NCBI RefSeq assembly: GCF_009914755.1
Contig: NC_060947.1
Direction: 5' to 3' (one strand)
Source: the human T2T-CHM13v2.0 reference genome, Homo sapiens
DNA: 64,000 nt
In this document: positions 29,555 through 43,334 of the stretch, one piece after another
Layout of the letters: the number at the start of each line of letters is the position of its first letter
Position numbering within the stretch: position 1 is the stretch's first letter
Made by a program: the position numbers and the translations under genes
Notes under the pieces: model-generated
Told to the model about the DNA's origin: nothing
Database searches by the model: none
Seen by the model: only the letters and a program-made list of their open reading frames with translations

Positions 29555-31256
29555 TCAGGGAACTTCTAACAACTTGTGGGACAATGGAATTAAGAGATAA
29601 AATTAAAAATATAATCTTTATTTCTCAATGTAAGCTCCATCAAGTTCGAGACACTTTTGTAAGTGGTATTACCAACCATTTAGTCCATTCCTAAAGAACT
29701 GAGAGTCATTGGACTTTGACCACATCAAAGCAGTCTTTTTTTACATTATTAACTAAACAGAAATGAGTGCCCTTTAAAGATTTTTTAAAATTAGGAAACA
29801 AAAAGAAGTCAAAGGGAGCCAAAGCAGGACTTGCTTACTGATTTCCCATTAAAACCCTCACCAAAGTGCCCTTTTTTCTTTTTCCTTTTCTTTTCTTTTC
29901 TTCCTTTCCTTTCTTTTCCTTTCCCGTCCTTTCCTCTCCTTTTCCTTTCTCTTTCCTTCTTTCTTTTCTTTTTCTTTCTCCCTTCCTTCCGTCTTTTCTT
30001 TTCTTTTTCTTTCTTCCTTCCTTCCTTTCTTTGTCTTTTTTTTGACAGTCTCGCTCTGTCAACCAGGCTAGAGTGCAGTGACGTGATCTCAGCTCACTGC
30101 AGCCTCTGCCTCCTGGGTTCAAGGGATTCTTGTGCATCAGCCTGTAGCTGGGACTACAGGAGTGCAACACCATGCCCGGCTAATTTTTGTATTTTTAATA
30201 GAGACGGGTTTCGCCATGTTGGCCAGGCTGGTCTTGAACTCCCGGCCTCAAGTGATCCACCTGCATTGGCCTCCCAAAGTGTTGGGATTGCAGGTGTGAG
30301 CCACCACGCCTGGACCCTCCTTTTTTTTTTTTTTTTTTAAATGAGAGGAATGCACAGGAGCATTGTCATGGTGGAAAAGGACTCTTGTGAAGCTGTCTCA
30401 GACATTTATCTGCTAGAGCTTTGACTAACTTTCTCAATCACGCTAATAATAAGCATATGTTATTGTTCTTTGACCTACCAGAAAGTAAAAAGGCAAAATG
30501 CCTTAAACTTCCCCCAAAACTGTTGCATTTTCTTTGCTCTTGACCAGTCAATTTTTTGCTTTGACTGGACCACTTACACCTGTTGGCAGCCATTGCTTTA
30601 GTTGTGCTTTGTCTTCTGGGTCATACTGGTAAAGCTACATTTCATGTCCTGCTACAATTCTTCAAATAACTGTTTTGAAATTTTCATCACACTTGTGGAA
30701 AGTTTGCTCAACTTTAATTTTTTGGTCAGAATTGTATAAGATGAACCAATTGAGATATCTATGGTATTGGCTACTGCTTGTGCTGTTAATTATTGGTCCT
30801 CTTCAATTCAGACTCAAGTAAGGTTAATTTTTTTTTCACAAATTTATGTGAACAGTCTGCTGTTGCAGGTTTCATCTTCAACATCATCTTGTACTTTCTT
30901 GAAACAAGTTACCCGTTTGTAAACTGCTGATGACTTAAGGACGTTGTTTCCATAAAATTTTTATAAAGCATCAATGATTTCCACGCAAATCAATGGGTGG
31001 AAGAAGCTTGAGTATTCTTCCACCCATGCTTCACTACAAATTTGATTGTTCTTGCTTCAATTATGGCCGAATTCATGTTGTTCTGACAAGGGCTCCTTTT
31101 AGACTGATGGCGTATCCTTCTTAGTGCCTCAGACTAACTTCTCTTCAGACATATCATAACAAGTTAGTATGAGTTTATTTGGGTGTAAAAATTTTGAAAT
31201 GTATGCATGGTTTTTTCATAATACACATTTTCTCTGAACTTTTTGAAGATCTCTCA
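29555..31256 (-). mobile_element. HSMAR2 mariner DNA transposon relic with decayed transposase, interrupted by an Alu
   Basis: Right end cattttctctgaactttttgaagatctctca+ta is the reverse complement of the HSMAR2 TIR; degenerate TIR at left; transposase start region (MNSA..EART) at about 31077 on the minus strand. Confidence 0.88.
29872..30315 (-). mobile_element. Alu (AluJ/S) with an expanded ~170 bp polypyrimidine tail
   Basis: CT-rich low complexity 29872-30043 followed by reverse-complement Alu. Confidence 0.93.
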
Positions 31257-31742
31257 TATAATCACTTGAAACTATATATTAACATTTTATGTCTATTTCT
31301 ATCTCTATTTCATAGAAATGTCTCCTAATTAATACAACAAAACATAAATTAGGATTTCATTGGTACATTCATAATTTGATGAAGACTGTGAGTGGACTGA
31401 GTAATTTCTAGGGTTTCTTGTATGATTATGACTCATTTGCTTTTTGACCCATAGTGTAGTAAGGGCTTTACTTTGGTGTCATTTTGATCTTTTTTCTTTT
31501 TAATTACTCAAGTTATTTCTGTTGGCAGAAACCCTTCCCTCTACCAAAGGGCCTTTTATTCTACTTGACTTTGGACTATCCAACTCTGCTGTATTTGGCA
31601 AAACTGCAGGCCAACCCTCACAGAAATTGTGCCCTCTTTGGCGTCTATACACCTAAATATGCCATTTAATCTAATCATAATGTTATTGCCACTTTGCAGT
31701 GCCAAATCATCTGCCTCAACGATTAGAAACTTTCTCAAGGTT

Positions 31743-32076
<334 letters not shown>

Positions 32077-33714
32077 TTATACAATAAGACCTCTTTCTCT
32101 AGCCTTTTTACAAGTCTAAACACAAGACCACTTAATAGGAACAGCCTTAATTTATCTATAAATGTTTTCTACATATTTTTTATTTTCTTTGGTTCATTTT
32201 TCTTCCTTACAAAATCAAGCAACTGACTTCAGGAATTTTGCCTTTTATTTCCCTTAAATCTCCTCTCTGCATCCATCTAAGTGTTGAGCATTCAGTAGAT
32301 AGCCAACAAATGTGTTGATGAAAGTCAGCAGAAGACCCTGATAGACTATAACTTTCTTTGCTTCACTTATTGCAGTTAACAAAAAGAGATATTGTGAAGG
32401 TAATTTACCATTAGAAGAGTGTTTTGAAATCCTTGAACAGAGAATATTCTCCAAAAATTGCATAAAATACTGCTGCAATTACAATGATTTCTGGATACCA
32501 CTCTACTACAAATCTGTCACCCAGGAACAAAAATGCTGTGCAAGGCCAACATGTCACCTATTCCACCATACATGAAATAGTGGAGTTGGCTGTAATACCT
32601 GGAAACTAGAAAAGTTAATTTAAAGAAAATTTCAGCTAAGGTAAAACTCTTTGAAAAAAATGGAAGGATGCTCCACAAAGTGTTCCAGCCTGGAATCTGG
32701 AATGACTATTTTCTTTTTTTCAAATACATCTTGTGAAATTAGAATGATTCTCCCTGTGGACTGTGTACTGTAAATCAAGTTTTAATAAGTGGACACTTTA
32801 TGAAAGACATTTTGAACTCATAGCTAGGAAAACATTCTACTGATCTAATGACAAGAATATAATTAGAAGATAAGATTTCAATATAAAATGATCATAACTA
32901 AAAATTGAATGAATGATGCAATTGAAACATTACAATAAAAAGCCCCCAGGTCTTGAAAGATTTAATGAAAATACACTGGATAATTAGCATTATGGTTTAA
33001 TAATCAATATAAAGCTTGGCAATTCTTGGGAAAACTACTGACTTCCATTATTTAAAACAATACTTAATATTTTATAATGAAAAATGCTTACATAATGCTT
33101 TTGAATCACTCTTATTATCAAATTGCTGGGGTTTTTTTCTCTCTGGAATCTTTAATCACTTTTACTCTTCGTCAGACAAACCTCTTTTCATTTTTCAAAT
33201 CTCAGTCTAATTGTCTCTTTTTCAAATTGATCTATTCTGAACCCTTCAATATTAGCTATTTTCCCACTGATATTCTCTCCAATTGCATATTTTTATATTA
33301 ATTTAAAAGGTATACTATTCCTTGTATTTGTAGATTTATTTTGGATTTTTCTTTAATGACTGTCTCCTTCACTAAACCATAACATCCTTGAAAGTAGGGT
33401 ATTGGTCTCTTCTTTGACATTCTACACCTGACATCTAACACAATGTCTTACTCTCAATACATGCTTGTTAAATGATCAAAAGAATTAAAAAGTCATAATG
33501 CTGCATCAAGCCACCAGTGCACTAATTCATTTTGATAGTTTAAAATGTATAATATAAACCCTATTTCCAATTTACAAAGGATTAAAGGGTGACTAAGATA
33601 CTCTCAATTGATTGGTAGCAGTTAGATGGGCAGCCTGTTTTACTTTCTCTTCTCATTATTTTTATTTTTTCAATAATTCTTAGCTTTATAGATTTAGGGG
33701 GAAGTTTTGTTACT

Positions 33715-34520
33715 TTTTAAAAATAATTTCAACTTTTATTTTAGATTAATGGGGTATATGTGCAGGTTTGTTAAATGGGTGTATTGCATGATGCTGAGGT
33801 TTAAGAGAACAAGTTATCCATTCACACAGGTAATGAGCCTAGTATCAAATAACTAGTTTTTCAACTCTTGCCCCCTTCACTCCTTCCCCACTCTGGTAGT
33901 CCACAGAGTCCATTGTTGCCATCTTTATGTCTATGATTACTCAGTGTTTAGCACCCCCTTATAAGTGAGAACATTGTGGTATTTGGTTTTCTCTTCCTGT
34001 GTAAATTTGCTTAAGATAATGGCCTCTCACTGCATCCATGTTTCTGCAAAGGACATTACTTTGTTCTTTTTAAGGCTACATAGTATTCCATGGTGTATAT
34101 TTACCACATATTCTTTATCCAATCCACCAGTGCTGGGCACCTAGGTTGATCCATGTCTGCTATTGCGAATAGTGATGTAATGAGCATATAAGTGCAACTG
34201 TCTTTTTAGTAGCATAACTTATTTTCTTTCAAATATATACCCAGTGATGGGATTGCTGGGTCAAATAATAGTTTTTTTAAAGGTCTTTGAGAACTCTCCA
34301 AACTGCTTTCCACAGTGGCTGAAGTAATTTACATTCCCACAAACAGTGTATAAGCATTTCCTTTTCTCCACAGCCTTGACAGCACCTGACATTTTCTGAC
34401 TTTTTAATAATAGGTATTCTGACTGGTGTGAGATGGTATCTCATTGTGGATTTGATATACACTTCTCTGATGATTAGTGATGTGGAACCTTTTTTAAATG
34501 TGGTTTTTGGTTGTTTGTAT
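33715..34520 (-). mobile_element. L1PA15/16-like 3' end
   Basis: Antisense L1 3'UTR and ORF2 C-terminus (MRYHLTPVR...HCLWECKL in ORF 34277-34537). Confidence 0.85.
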
Positions 34521-34607
34521 GTACGTGAATATACCATTTCATGGTGAATTCTGGGCTTTTAGTATAATCATCAACCAAATAGTGTACCTTGTAACAAATG
34601 TACCAAA

Positions 34608-35241
34608 ATACCCAAAAGAAGGGAAATCAGTATATTGAAGAGATATCTGCTCTCCTATGTTTGTTGAAGCTGAGATTTTGAAGCAACCTAAGTGTTCATC
34701 AACAGATAAATGGATAAAGAAAAAGTGGTACATATACACAATGGAGCACTAGTCAGCCATCAAAAACAATGAGATCCAGTCATTTGCAACAACATGTATG
34801 AAACTAGACATCATTATGCTAAGTGAGATAAGCCAGGCACAGAAAGACAAACATTACATGTTCTTACTTATTTGTGGGATCTAAAATTCAAAACAATTGA
34901 ACTCATGGACACAGAAAATAGAATAGTTACCAGAGGCTGGGAAGGGTAGTGAGGGGTAGGGATGTTTAAAGGGTACAAAAAGTAGTTAGAAAGAATGAAT
35001 AAGACCTATATTTGATAGCACAACAGGGTGACTACAGTCAATAATAACTTAATTTTACCCTTTAAGATAGCTTAAAGAATGTAATTTGATTGTATATAAC
35101 TTAAAGGAGTTAAATGGTTGATGGGGTGGATACCCCTCTTCTCTTTGATGTGCTTATTTCATATTACATGCCAGTCTCAAAACATCTCATGTTCTCGTAA
35201 ATATATACATCTACTCTATACCCACAAAATTTTTTTTAAAA
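34608..35241 (+). mobile_element. L1MA2-like 3' end
   Basis: aagaagggaaatcagtatattgaagagatatctgc...aagaatgaataagacc...tacccacaaaa. Confidence 0.85.
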
Positions 35242-35243
35242 AC

Positions 35244-35303
35244 AGATCAGCATGGCCCCTGAACAAGGATGACAGGCAAATTCATGAAGTGTTTCATATT
35301 TTT
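35244..35303 (+). pseudogene. U6 snRNA pseudogene fragment (U6 nt ~48-107)
   Basis: agatcagcatggcccctgaacaaggatgacaggcaaattcatgaagtgtttcatattttt matches recalled human U6 at 53 of 60 positions, including the terminal T run. Confidence 0.92.
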
Positions 35304-35463
35304 AGCTGCTCTTGCCATGGTGGAAAAAAAATGATAACTATGTGGGAATATGAATATGTCATCTTGTTTTATAATAGTACCAATTTTTCTATATCTATGT
35401 ATCACAAAACATCTGGTTGTGTATGTTAAACATACATAACAAGATTTATTTTAAAAAAGAAAC
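35304..35463 (+). mobile_element. short L1MA (5-8-like) extreme 3' end fused to the U6 fragment
   Basis: agctgctcttgcca...gataactatgtg...tctatgtatcacaaaacatc...A-rich tail. Confidence 0.7.
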
Positions 35464-35887
35464 ATATAAATACTGGGGAAAAAACTATTATTCATATTTT
35501 TAAAAAGCTGTGACATGGACTTAAGGAGTCATAAAATGTCAATGAAGGCATTAAGAGGTTTCTGAAACCTAATAACTTAATTATTTGCATAGAATTAGGA
35601 ATGAAGAACCCTCTTGGGAAGCATACTTTATAATGCTCCTCTTCAGTCTTTCTTACTTTTGACTATTTATTAGGGTATATGTGTTGTTACAGTGACTGAA
35701 TTAGATGAGATTTTTAGGTTTTGAGGGAGCATTTAGAAGAAAAAAGTATTGACTTCTGACTTCGGAGTTACGTTTCCTGAGTTTGATTTGATGCTTAGCT
35801 ATTTACCAGCTGTGTAACACTGGCCAAACTTCCTAATCTCTCTGTGCCTTAGTTTTCCCATATTTAAAATGAGATGAGATTTTAAAC

Positions 35888-37234
35888 ATGTGTCAGCCCC
35901 TCTCATTACAGGCCTGGAAGCCTAGGAGGAAAAACTTGTTTGATGGGAAGGGCACAGCGACCCCCTGCTGTGTGCAGCCTATGGACTTGGTGCTCTGCAT
36001 CATGACCACTCCAGCTGTGGTTGAAAGAGGCCAAGGTATAGCTCAGGCCATGGCTTCAGACGGTGCAAACCCCAAGCCTTGGCAGCTTCCACATGGTGTC
36101 GAGCCTGCAGGTGCATAGAATTCAAGAATTGAGGTTTTGGAACCTATGCCTAGATTTCAGAGAATGTATGGAAACACCTGGCTGTCCAGGCAGAAGATTT
36201 CTGCAGGGGCAGAGCAATCATGCAGATCCTCTGCTAGGGCAGTGCAGAAGAGAAATGTGGTATTGGATCCCACACACAGAGCCCCACTGGGGCACTGCCT
36301 AGTGGAGCTGGGAGAAGGGGGCCACTGTCTTCCAGACCCCAGAATGGTAGATCCACTGAGAGCTCTCACCATGCACCTGGAAAAGCCGCAGACACTCAAC
36401 ACCAGCCCGTGAAAACTGCTGGGAGGGAGGCTGTACCCTCCAAAGCCACAGGGGTGGAGCTGCCCAAGGTTGTGGGAGCCCACCTCTTGCATCAGTGTGC
36501 CCTGGATGTAAGACATGAAGTTAAAGGAGATCATTTTGGGACTTTAAAGTTTAATGATTGTCCTATTGGACCTATTGGATTTTGGACTTGAATGGGGCCT
36601 GTAGCCCCTTAGTTTTGGCCGATTTCTTCCATTTGGAATGTGTGTGTTTGCCCAATGCCTGTATCTCCATTGTATCTGGATAGTAACTAACTTTCCTTTG
36701 ATTTTGCAGGCTCATAGGCATTGTCTCAAATGAGATCTTGGACTTAGACTTCTGTGATAGTGCTGAAATGAGTTAAGATTTCGGGAGACTGTTGGAAGGG
36801 CATGATTGTGTACTGAATTGTGAGAACATGAGATTTGGGAGTGGCAAGGGGTGGAATAATATGGTTTGGCTATGTCCCTACCCAAATCTCATCTTGAATT
36901 GTAGTTCCCATAATTCCCACACGTCATGGGAGGGACTAGGTAGAGATAAGTGAATCATGGAGGCAGTTTCCCCCATCCTGTTGTTGTAATAGTGAGTTAT
37001 TTCTCACGAGATCTGATGGTTTTATAAGGGGTTTTCCCCTTCACTGGGCACTCATTCTTCTCCTTCCTGCCACCCTGTGAAGAAGGATGTATTTGCTTCC
37101 CCTTCTGCCATCATTTTAAGTTTCCTGAGGCCTCCTCAGCCATGCTGAACTGTGAGTCAGTTAAACCTCTTTCCTTTATAAATTACCTAGTCTCAGGTAT
37201 GTCTTTATTAGTAGTGTGAGAACAGACTAATACA
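35888..37234 (+). mobile_element. THE1-internal fragment plus 3' THE1 LTR (about 36857-37234)
   Basis: THE1-int motifs, polypurine tract gggagtggcaaggggtggaa, then atatggtttggctatgtccc...cagactaataca. Confidence 0.9.
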
Positions 37235-37239
37235 TACAT

Positions 37240-40214
37240 TAAAACTGAAAGATATAGAATCTTTGAACAGACTGATAACAAGCAGTGATATTGAAATGGT
37301 AATAAAGAAATTGCCAACAAAGAAAAGCCCAGGACCAGATGGATTCACAGCTGAATTCAATCATACATTAAGAAGAATTGGTACCAATTCTATTGACACT
37401 ATCCAAAAGATAGAGAAAGAAGGAATCCTCACTAAATCATTTTATGAAGCAGTATCACCCTAATACCAAAACTAGAGAAGGACATAATAAAAAAAGAAAA
37501 CTACAGACCAATATCCCTGATGAACACAGATGCAAAAATCCTCAACAAAATACTAGTGAACCAAATCTAACAGCATATCAAAAAGATAATCCACCATGAC
37601 CAAGTGGGTTTTTCACCAGTGATGCAGGGGTGGTTTAACATATGTAAGTCAATAAATGTGATACACCAAATAAATGGAATTAAAAACAAAAATCACATGA
37701 TCATCTCAATAGATGCATAAAAAGCATTTGACAAATTCCTACATCCCTTTATGATTAAAACCCTCAGAAAAATCGGCGTGGAAAGGACATACCCTAAGGT
37801 AATAAAGGCCATCTACAACAAACTCACAGCCAACATTATACTGAATGGGGAAAAGTTGAAAGCATTTTTCCTGAGAACTGAAAAAAGACAAGGATGCCCA
37901 CTTTCACCACTTCTACTCAACATAGTTCTGGAAGTTCTAGCCAGAGCAATCAGACAAGAGAAAGAAATAAAGGGCATCCAAATTGGTAAAGAGGAAGTCA
38001 AACTGTCACTGTTTGCTGATAATATGATTGTATACCTTGAAAACTCTAAAGACTCATCCAAAGAGCTCCTAGAACTGGTAAATGAATTCAGCAATGTTTC
38101 AGGTTACAAAATTGATGTACACAAATCAGTATTTCTGCTATACACCAACAGTGACCAAGCTGAGAATCAAATTAAGAACTCAACTTCTTTCACAAAGGAA
38201 TATACCTAACCAAGGATGTAAAAGACCTCTACAAGGAAAGCTACAAAACACTGCTGAAAGAAATCACAGATGACACAAAGAAATGGAAACACATCCCATG
38301 CTCATGGATGCGTAGAATCAATATTGTAAAAATGACCATACTGTTAAAAGAAATCCACAAATTCAATGCAATTCTCATTAAAATACCACCAGCATTCTTC
38401 ACAGAACTAGAAAAAAATCAATCCTAAAATTCACATGGAACCAATAAAGAGCCTGCATAGCCAAAGCAAGATTAAGCAAAAAGAACAAATCTGGAGGCAT
38501 CACACTACCCAACTTCAAACTATATTATAAGGCCACAGTCACCAAAACAGTATGGTATACTGGTATTAAAATAGGTACATAGACCAAAGAAACAGAATAG
38601 AGTGCCCAGAAATAAAGCCAAATACTTACAGCCAACTGATCTTCAATAAAGCAAACAAAAACATAAAGTGGGGAAAGGACACCTTATTCAACAAATGGTT
38701 CTGGGATCATTGGCAAGCCACATGTAAATGAATGAAACTGGATCTTCACCTCTCACCTTATACAAAAATGAACTCAAGATGGATCAAAGACTTAAATTTA
38801 AGACCTGAAACAACAAAGATTCTAGAGGATAAAATCAGAAAAAGCCTTCTAGACATTGGCTTAGGCAAAGACTTCATGACCAAAAACTCAAAAGCAAATG
38901 CAACTAAAACAAAGACAAATAGATGGGACTTAATTAAGCTTAAAAGCTTCCGCACAGCAAAGGAAATAATTAGCACAGTTAACAAACAACTAACAGAGTG
39001 GTAGAAAATCTTCACAATCTATACATCTGACAAAGGACTAATATCCAGAATCTACAAAGAACTCAAATGAACAGGCAAGAAAAAAAAAAAATCTCATCAA
39101 AAAGTGGGCTAAGGACATGAATAGACAGTTCTCAAAAGAAGATATACAAATGGCCAAGAAGCATATGGAAAAATGTTCAACATCACTAATTATTAGGGAA
39201 GTGTACATCAAAACCACAATGTGATACCAACTCACTCCTGCAAGAATATTCATAATCAAGAAATCAAAAAATAATAGATATTGGTGTGGATGCAGTCAAA
39301 AGAGCATACTTTTACACTGTTGATGGGAATCTAAACTAGTACAACCACTATGGAAAACAGTGTGGAAATTCCTTGATGAACTAAAAGTAGATCTACTGTT
39401 TGATCCAGCAATCCCACTACTAGGTGTCTAGCCAGAGAAAAAGAAGTCGTTATACAAAAAAGATACTTGCACACACATGTTTATAGCAGCACAATTTGCA
39501 ACTGCAAAACCAGCCCAAATGCCCATCAATCAACAAATGGATAAAGAAAATGTGGTGTATATATATTATATATATATAATATATATATATAAAATATATA
39601 TAAAATATATATAATATATATTATATTATATATTAAATATATTGTATATATAAATATATATAATATAATATATATAATATAATAGATTTATATAATTATA
39701 TAATTTTATATAATTATAATTATATATAATTATAATATATAATTATATAAAATTATATAATTAAAAATATATAACATATATTATATTATATATATTTATA
39801 TAATTATATATTAATATATATATTATATATATTAATATATATATAAAATGGAATACTACTCAGCCACGAAAAGGAACAAGATAATGGCACTTGTGACAAC
39901 CTGGATGGAATTGGAGACTACTATCCTAAGTGAAGTAACTCAGGAATGGAAAACCAAACATTGCATCTTCTCACTCATATGTGGGAGCTAAGCTATGAGG
40001 ACACAAAGGCATAAGAAAGATACATTCAACTTTAGGGACTCAGGGGAAAAGGTGGAGGGGTGGCAAGGGATAAAACACTACAGATTGGGCACAATATATT
40101 CTGCTCAGGTGATGGGTGCACCAAAATCTCAGAAATCACCACTAAAGAACTTATTCATGTAACCAAACACCACCTGTTTCCCAAAAGCCTATTGAAATAA
40201 AAAATAAAATAAAA
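37240..40214 (+). mobile_element. L1PB1-like element, 5'-truncated, disrupted ORF2 RT domain and 3'UTR
   Basis: ORF2 remnants [31 protein letters not shown]; stops and frameshifts; L1PB-type 3'UTR with A tail. Confidence 0.92.
39557..39846. repeat. TA-rich low-complexity expansion inside the L1 3' region
   Basis: About 290 bp almost purely A/T. Confidence 0.95.
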
Positions 40215-41565
40215 TTCTTGTTTTAAAAAAAACAATGCCAATCTTCTCATCTTTGGAGGAAGTTTGAAAATGTATTTATCTTTCATTAAAATGTTTATAT
40301 TAAAATGTAATAAATTTGTAATTGTTTTAAATAAATGAATAAATATTTTTTTAAAAGAATTAAATGAGTTATTATTTGTAAAACATTTAGAATAATGCTT
40401 GGCATACAGTTAGTGCTGCCTAAGTGTATATTAAATAAAAATTAAATATCAGAAAAAAAAGTATAAACATTTTCTTCTAGTAATATAACTTAGGATGGGC
40501 CAGAGTTTAATTTTATGATGCTGGATGGCATTATGAGATCAATAAGGCATCCTAAGATTTAGTGTGCCTAATGTTCTTTGTCTTTTATTGTGTATCATAG
40601 AACATTAAAGGATGATGGCTGTAGAAAAACCAAGAAGGAGATTGAGGAAATGATTTGGTCTGATTTAAAATGTATACTCTTAGATAATATTTTTAGAGAG
40701 AAAATAAATTTTATTCTTATGCTTTCAAGTTATCACAAAGCATAAATTAATGGAACAAAAATTAATGGAGTTTAGCCGAGATGTTTTAAGCTAGCAAGAT
40801 CTGACACGTTAAATTGAGGTTACACATAAAATTAAAATACACAGAACTCATTTGGGAAACAATTCATTCTATTTTATGCTTCCAAAATCCTCTTTAGCAC
40901 ATCAAAGAAGACTTTGCCACTTATTAGCTGTGTGATTTTGGGAGAATCACTCAGATTACCTAAAGCTTTTTTCTTGTCAGTAAAATGGAGTGGACAAGTA
41001 TTCCAAAGCTTATCTCCCAAACCCCGTGTCATCCCACATTCTTCAGAGGGCAATCATAAATATAAGAGTTTTTTAAACAATAGAGATATATAGATAAAAC
41101 TGAGTGTATATCTTGAATTGAGTCTCCCTGATAGCAGATCATGAGACAATTATTTGGGAAGAGGAGATTTATTGACAGGTTATCTACAGAAACATAAACA
41201 AAGGAGAAAGGAGTATAATAGTGAAAAAGAGGAAAACCAATAAGGAGCTGATTTTTCCTGTAGACAGATAGGCTCAGTCTCCCTGTAAACCCTATGAGTG
41301 ACAATGTAGAGTGAACTAAAGAATTGGCTTCCCCCATGGGATAGGTGGCTGGCACTTTTTAATACAGACCCCCATCCCCCACCAGTTAAAGTTTTTCTTT
41401 GATGACATTAAAACCCCTGATCGGACCTGAAAGAAGGCAGAAAGAAGGCTTAAGGCAGAAAAGCAAAAGAGGCCAATTTGCTTTTGCCTTGGCACCCTAA
41501 GAGTGTGCAGGTTACTGTCCAATATTGCTATAGGTGAGATCAGAAGTAAACCATAAAGTAAAGAA

Positions 41566-42060
41566 ATATATATATTACATATTTCATATATAATATATAT
41601 ATTATATATTATATATTATATATTATTTTATATATTATAATATACAATATATATAATATATATAAATATATAATATATAATATAATATATATTATATATA
41701 AAATATATATAATATAATATATATTATATATAAAATATATATAATATATATAAATATCATAAATAAAATATATATAATATATAATATATATTATATATAA
41801 TATATAATATATATAATATATAATATATAATATATATAATATATAATATATAATATATATAATATATAATATATAATATATAATATATAATATATATAAT
41901 ATATAATATATAATATATAATATATATAATATATAATATATATAATATATATAATATATAAAATATATAATTACATATAATTATATATATTTTATATATA
42001 ATATATATAATATATAATTACATATAATTATATATATTTTATATATAATATATATAATAT
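41566..42060. repeat. TA-rich tract with (TATATAA)n core
   Basis: About 495 bp almost purely A/T. Confidence 0.95.
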
Positions 42061-42061
42061 C

Positions 42062-42543
42062 AGAGAAACTCTGAGGTTTAATTTATTTTAAATGTGCTAC
42101 TTCAAGGAAAATACAGGATAAAAAAATCAAAGAGTATCTAAGGGGTATATATATCTTTGTGTGTGTATGTATGTATATCTATATATGTATATATACACAA
42201 ACATATGTATATCTACATATATAGATATACACATATCTATACATATATATAAACACAAACACACACACAGTTATTGAGAGTGCCTTATTTTCATTTCACC
42301 AAATGAAAAGAGAACAATAGAGGATTATATCTCATCGGAATTTAAAATAGACTTTTTATATATTCTGAAGGTAGCAGAATTGTAATTACTTGCATTTTAA
42401 ATTAATTGATATTGATTTTTATTAGTTCACAGTCTAATATGGATCGAAGTGGAAAGAAAACGTGGAAATTCAAATATCCTTCTGAAGCTGACTATGCTAA
42501 ATATCATGCAAACAGAGGAAAGCTAGGTATCTCGGTTCATTTT
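42062..42543 (+). repeat. left arm of ~485 bp inverted repeat
   Basis: Reverse complement of 43335-43820; about 9 substitutions and 3 small indels by manual alignment. Confidence 0.97.
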
Positions 42544-42888
42544 CTGTCGCTATGACAGAATATGTGAGACTGAGTAGTTTATAAAGGACACAGACTTATT
42601 TCTCACAGTTCTGAAGGCTGAGGAGTCCAAGAACATGGCACTGGCATCTGGTGAAAACCTCCTTGCTGTGTTATCCAGTGGTGGAAGGTGAGAGGGTAAG
42701 CCAGGGCATGCAAAGAAGGAGAAAACATGAGGGGCTGCACTTGCTTTATAACAACCCACTCTCACAGCAACTAACCCATTTCCTCAATAACTTCATTAAT
42801 TCATTAATGAGAATGGGGACCTTATGACCTAATTACTTCTTAAAGGCCCTACCTCATGAGTTTTGGCAGGGGCATTCATGTTATAGCA
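42527..42888 (-). mobile_element. MLT1A/MSTD-type MaLR LTR
   Basis: gtatctcggttcattttctg...tctcacagttctgaaggctgaggagtccaaga...cttgctttataacaacccactctc...tatagca. Confidence 0.75.
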
Positions 42889-42900
42889 ATAAGTGTTTGA

Positions 42901-43334
42901 TATATATACATATATGTTATATATATGATATATATACATATATGTTATATATATAATATATATAGTTATATATAACATATATTATAATATATAATAATAT
43001 ATAATATATATTATTATATAATTATATAATATATATTATATATAATTATATATATTATATATTATTTATATATAATAATATATATTATATTATATATTTT
43101 ACATATATTATAATATATATTATATTATAGATTTTATATATATTATAATATATATTATATAGTTATATAATATATATAATTTATATATAATATATATAAA
43201 TATATAATATATAATTTATACATAAAATTTATATATATATAAATTATATATATATAATTTATATGTATTATATTATATATTATATATATTATAATATATA
43301 ATATATATATTATATATAAATATGATATGATATA
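42901..43334. repeat. TA-rich tract
   Basis: About 430 bp almost purely A/T. Confidence 0.95.

Noticed and set aside
29831-30340. 169 aa Phe/Ser/Leu-rich ORF resembling a membrane protein
   Set aside because: It is the translation of a CT-rich Alu tail plus an antisense Alu; not a gene.
37751-38209. 152 aa reverse-transcriptase ORF
   Set aside because: Fragment of a dead L1PB ORF2 with flanking stops and frameshifts; not a novel RT system.
41566-43334. Periodic repeats as a CRISPR-like array
   Set aside because: Low-complexity TA expansion without constant repeats and unique spacers; eukaryotic DNA with no cas genes.
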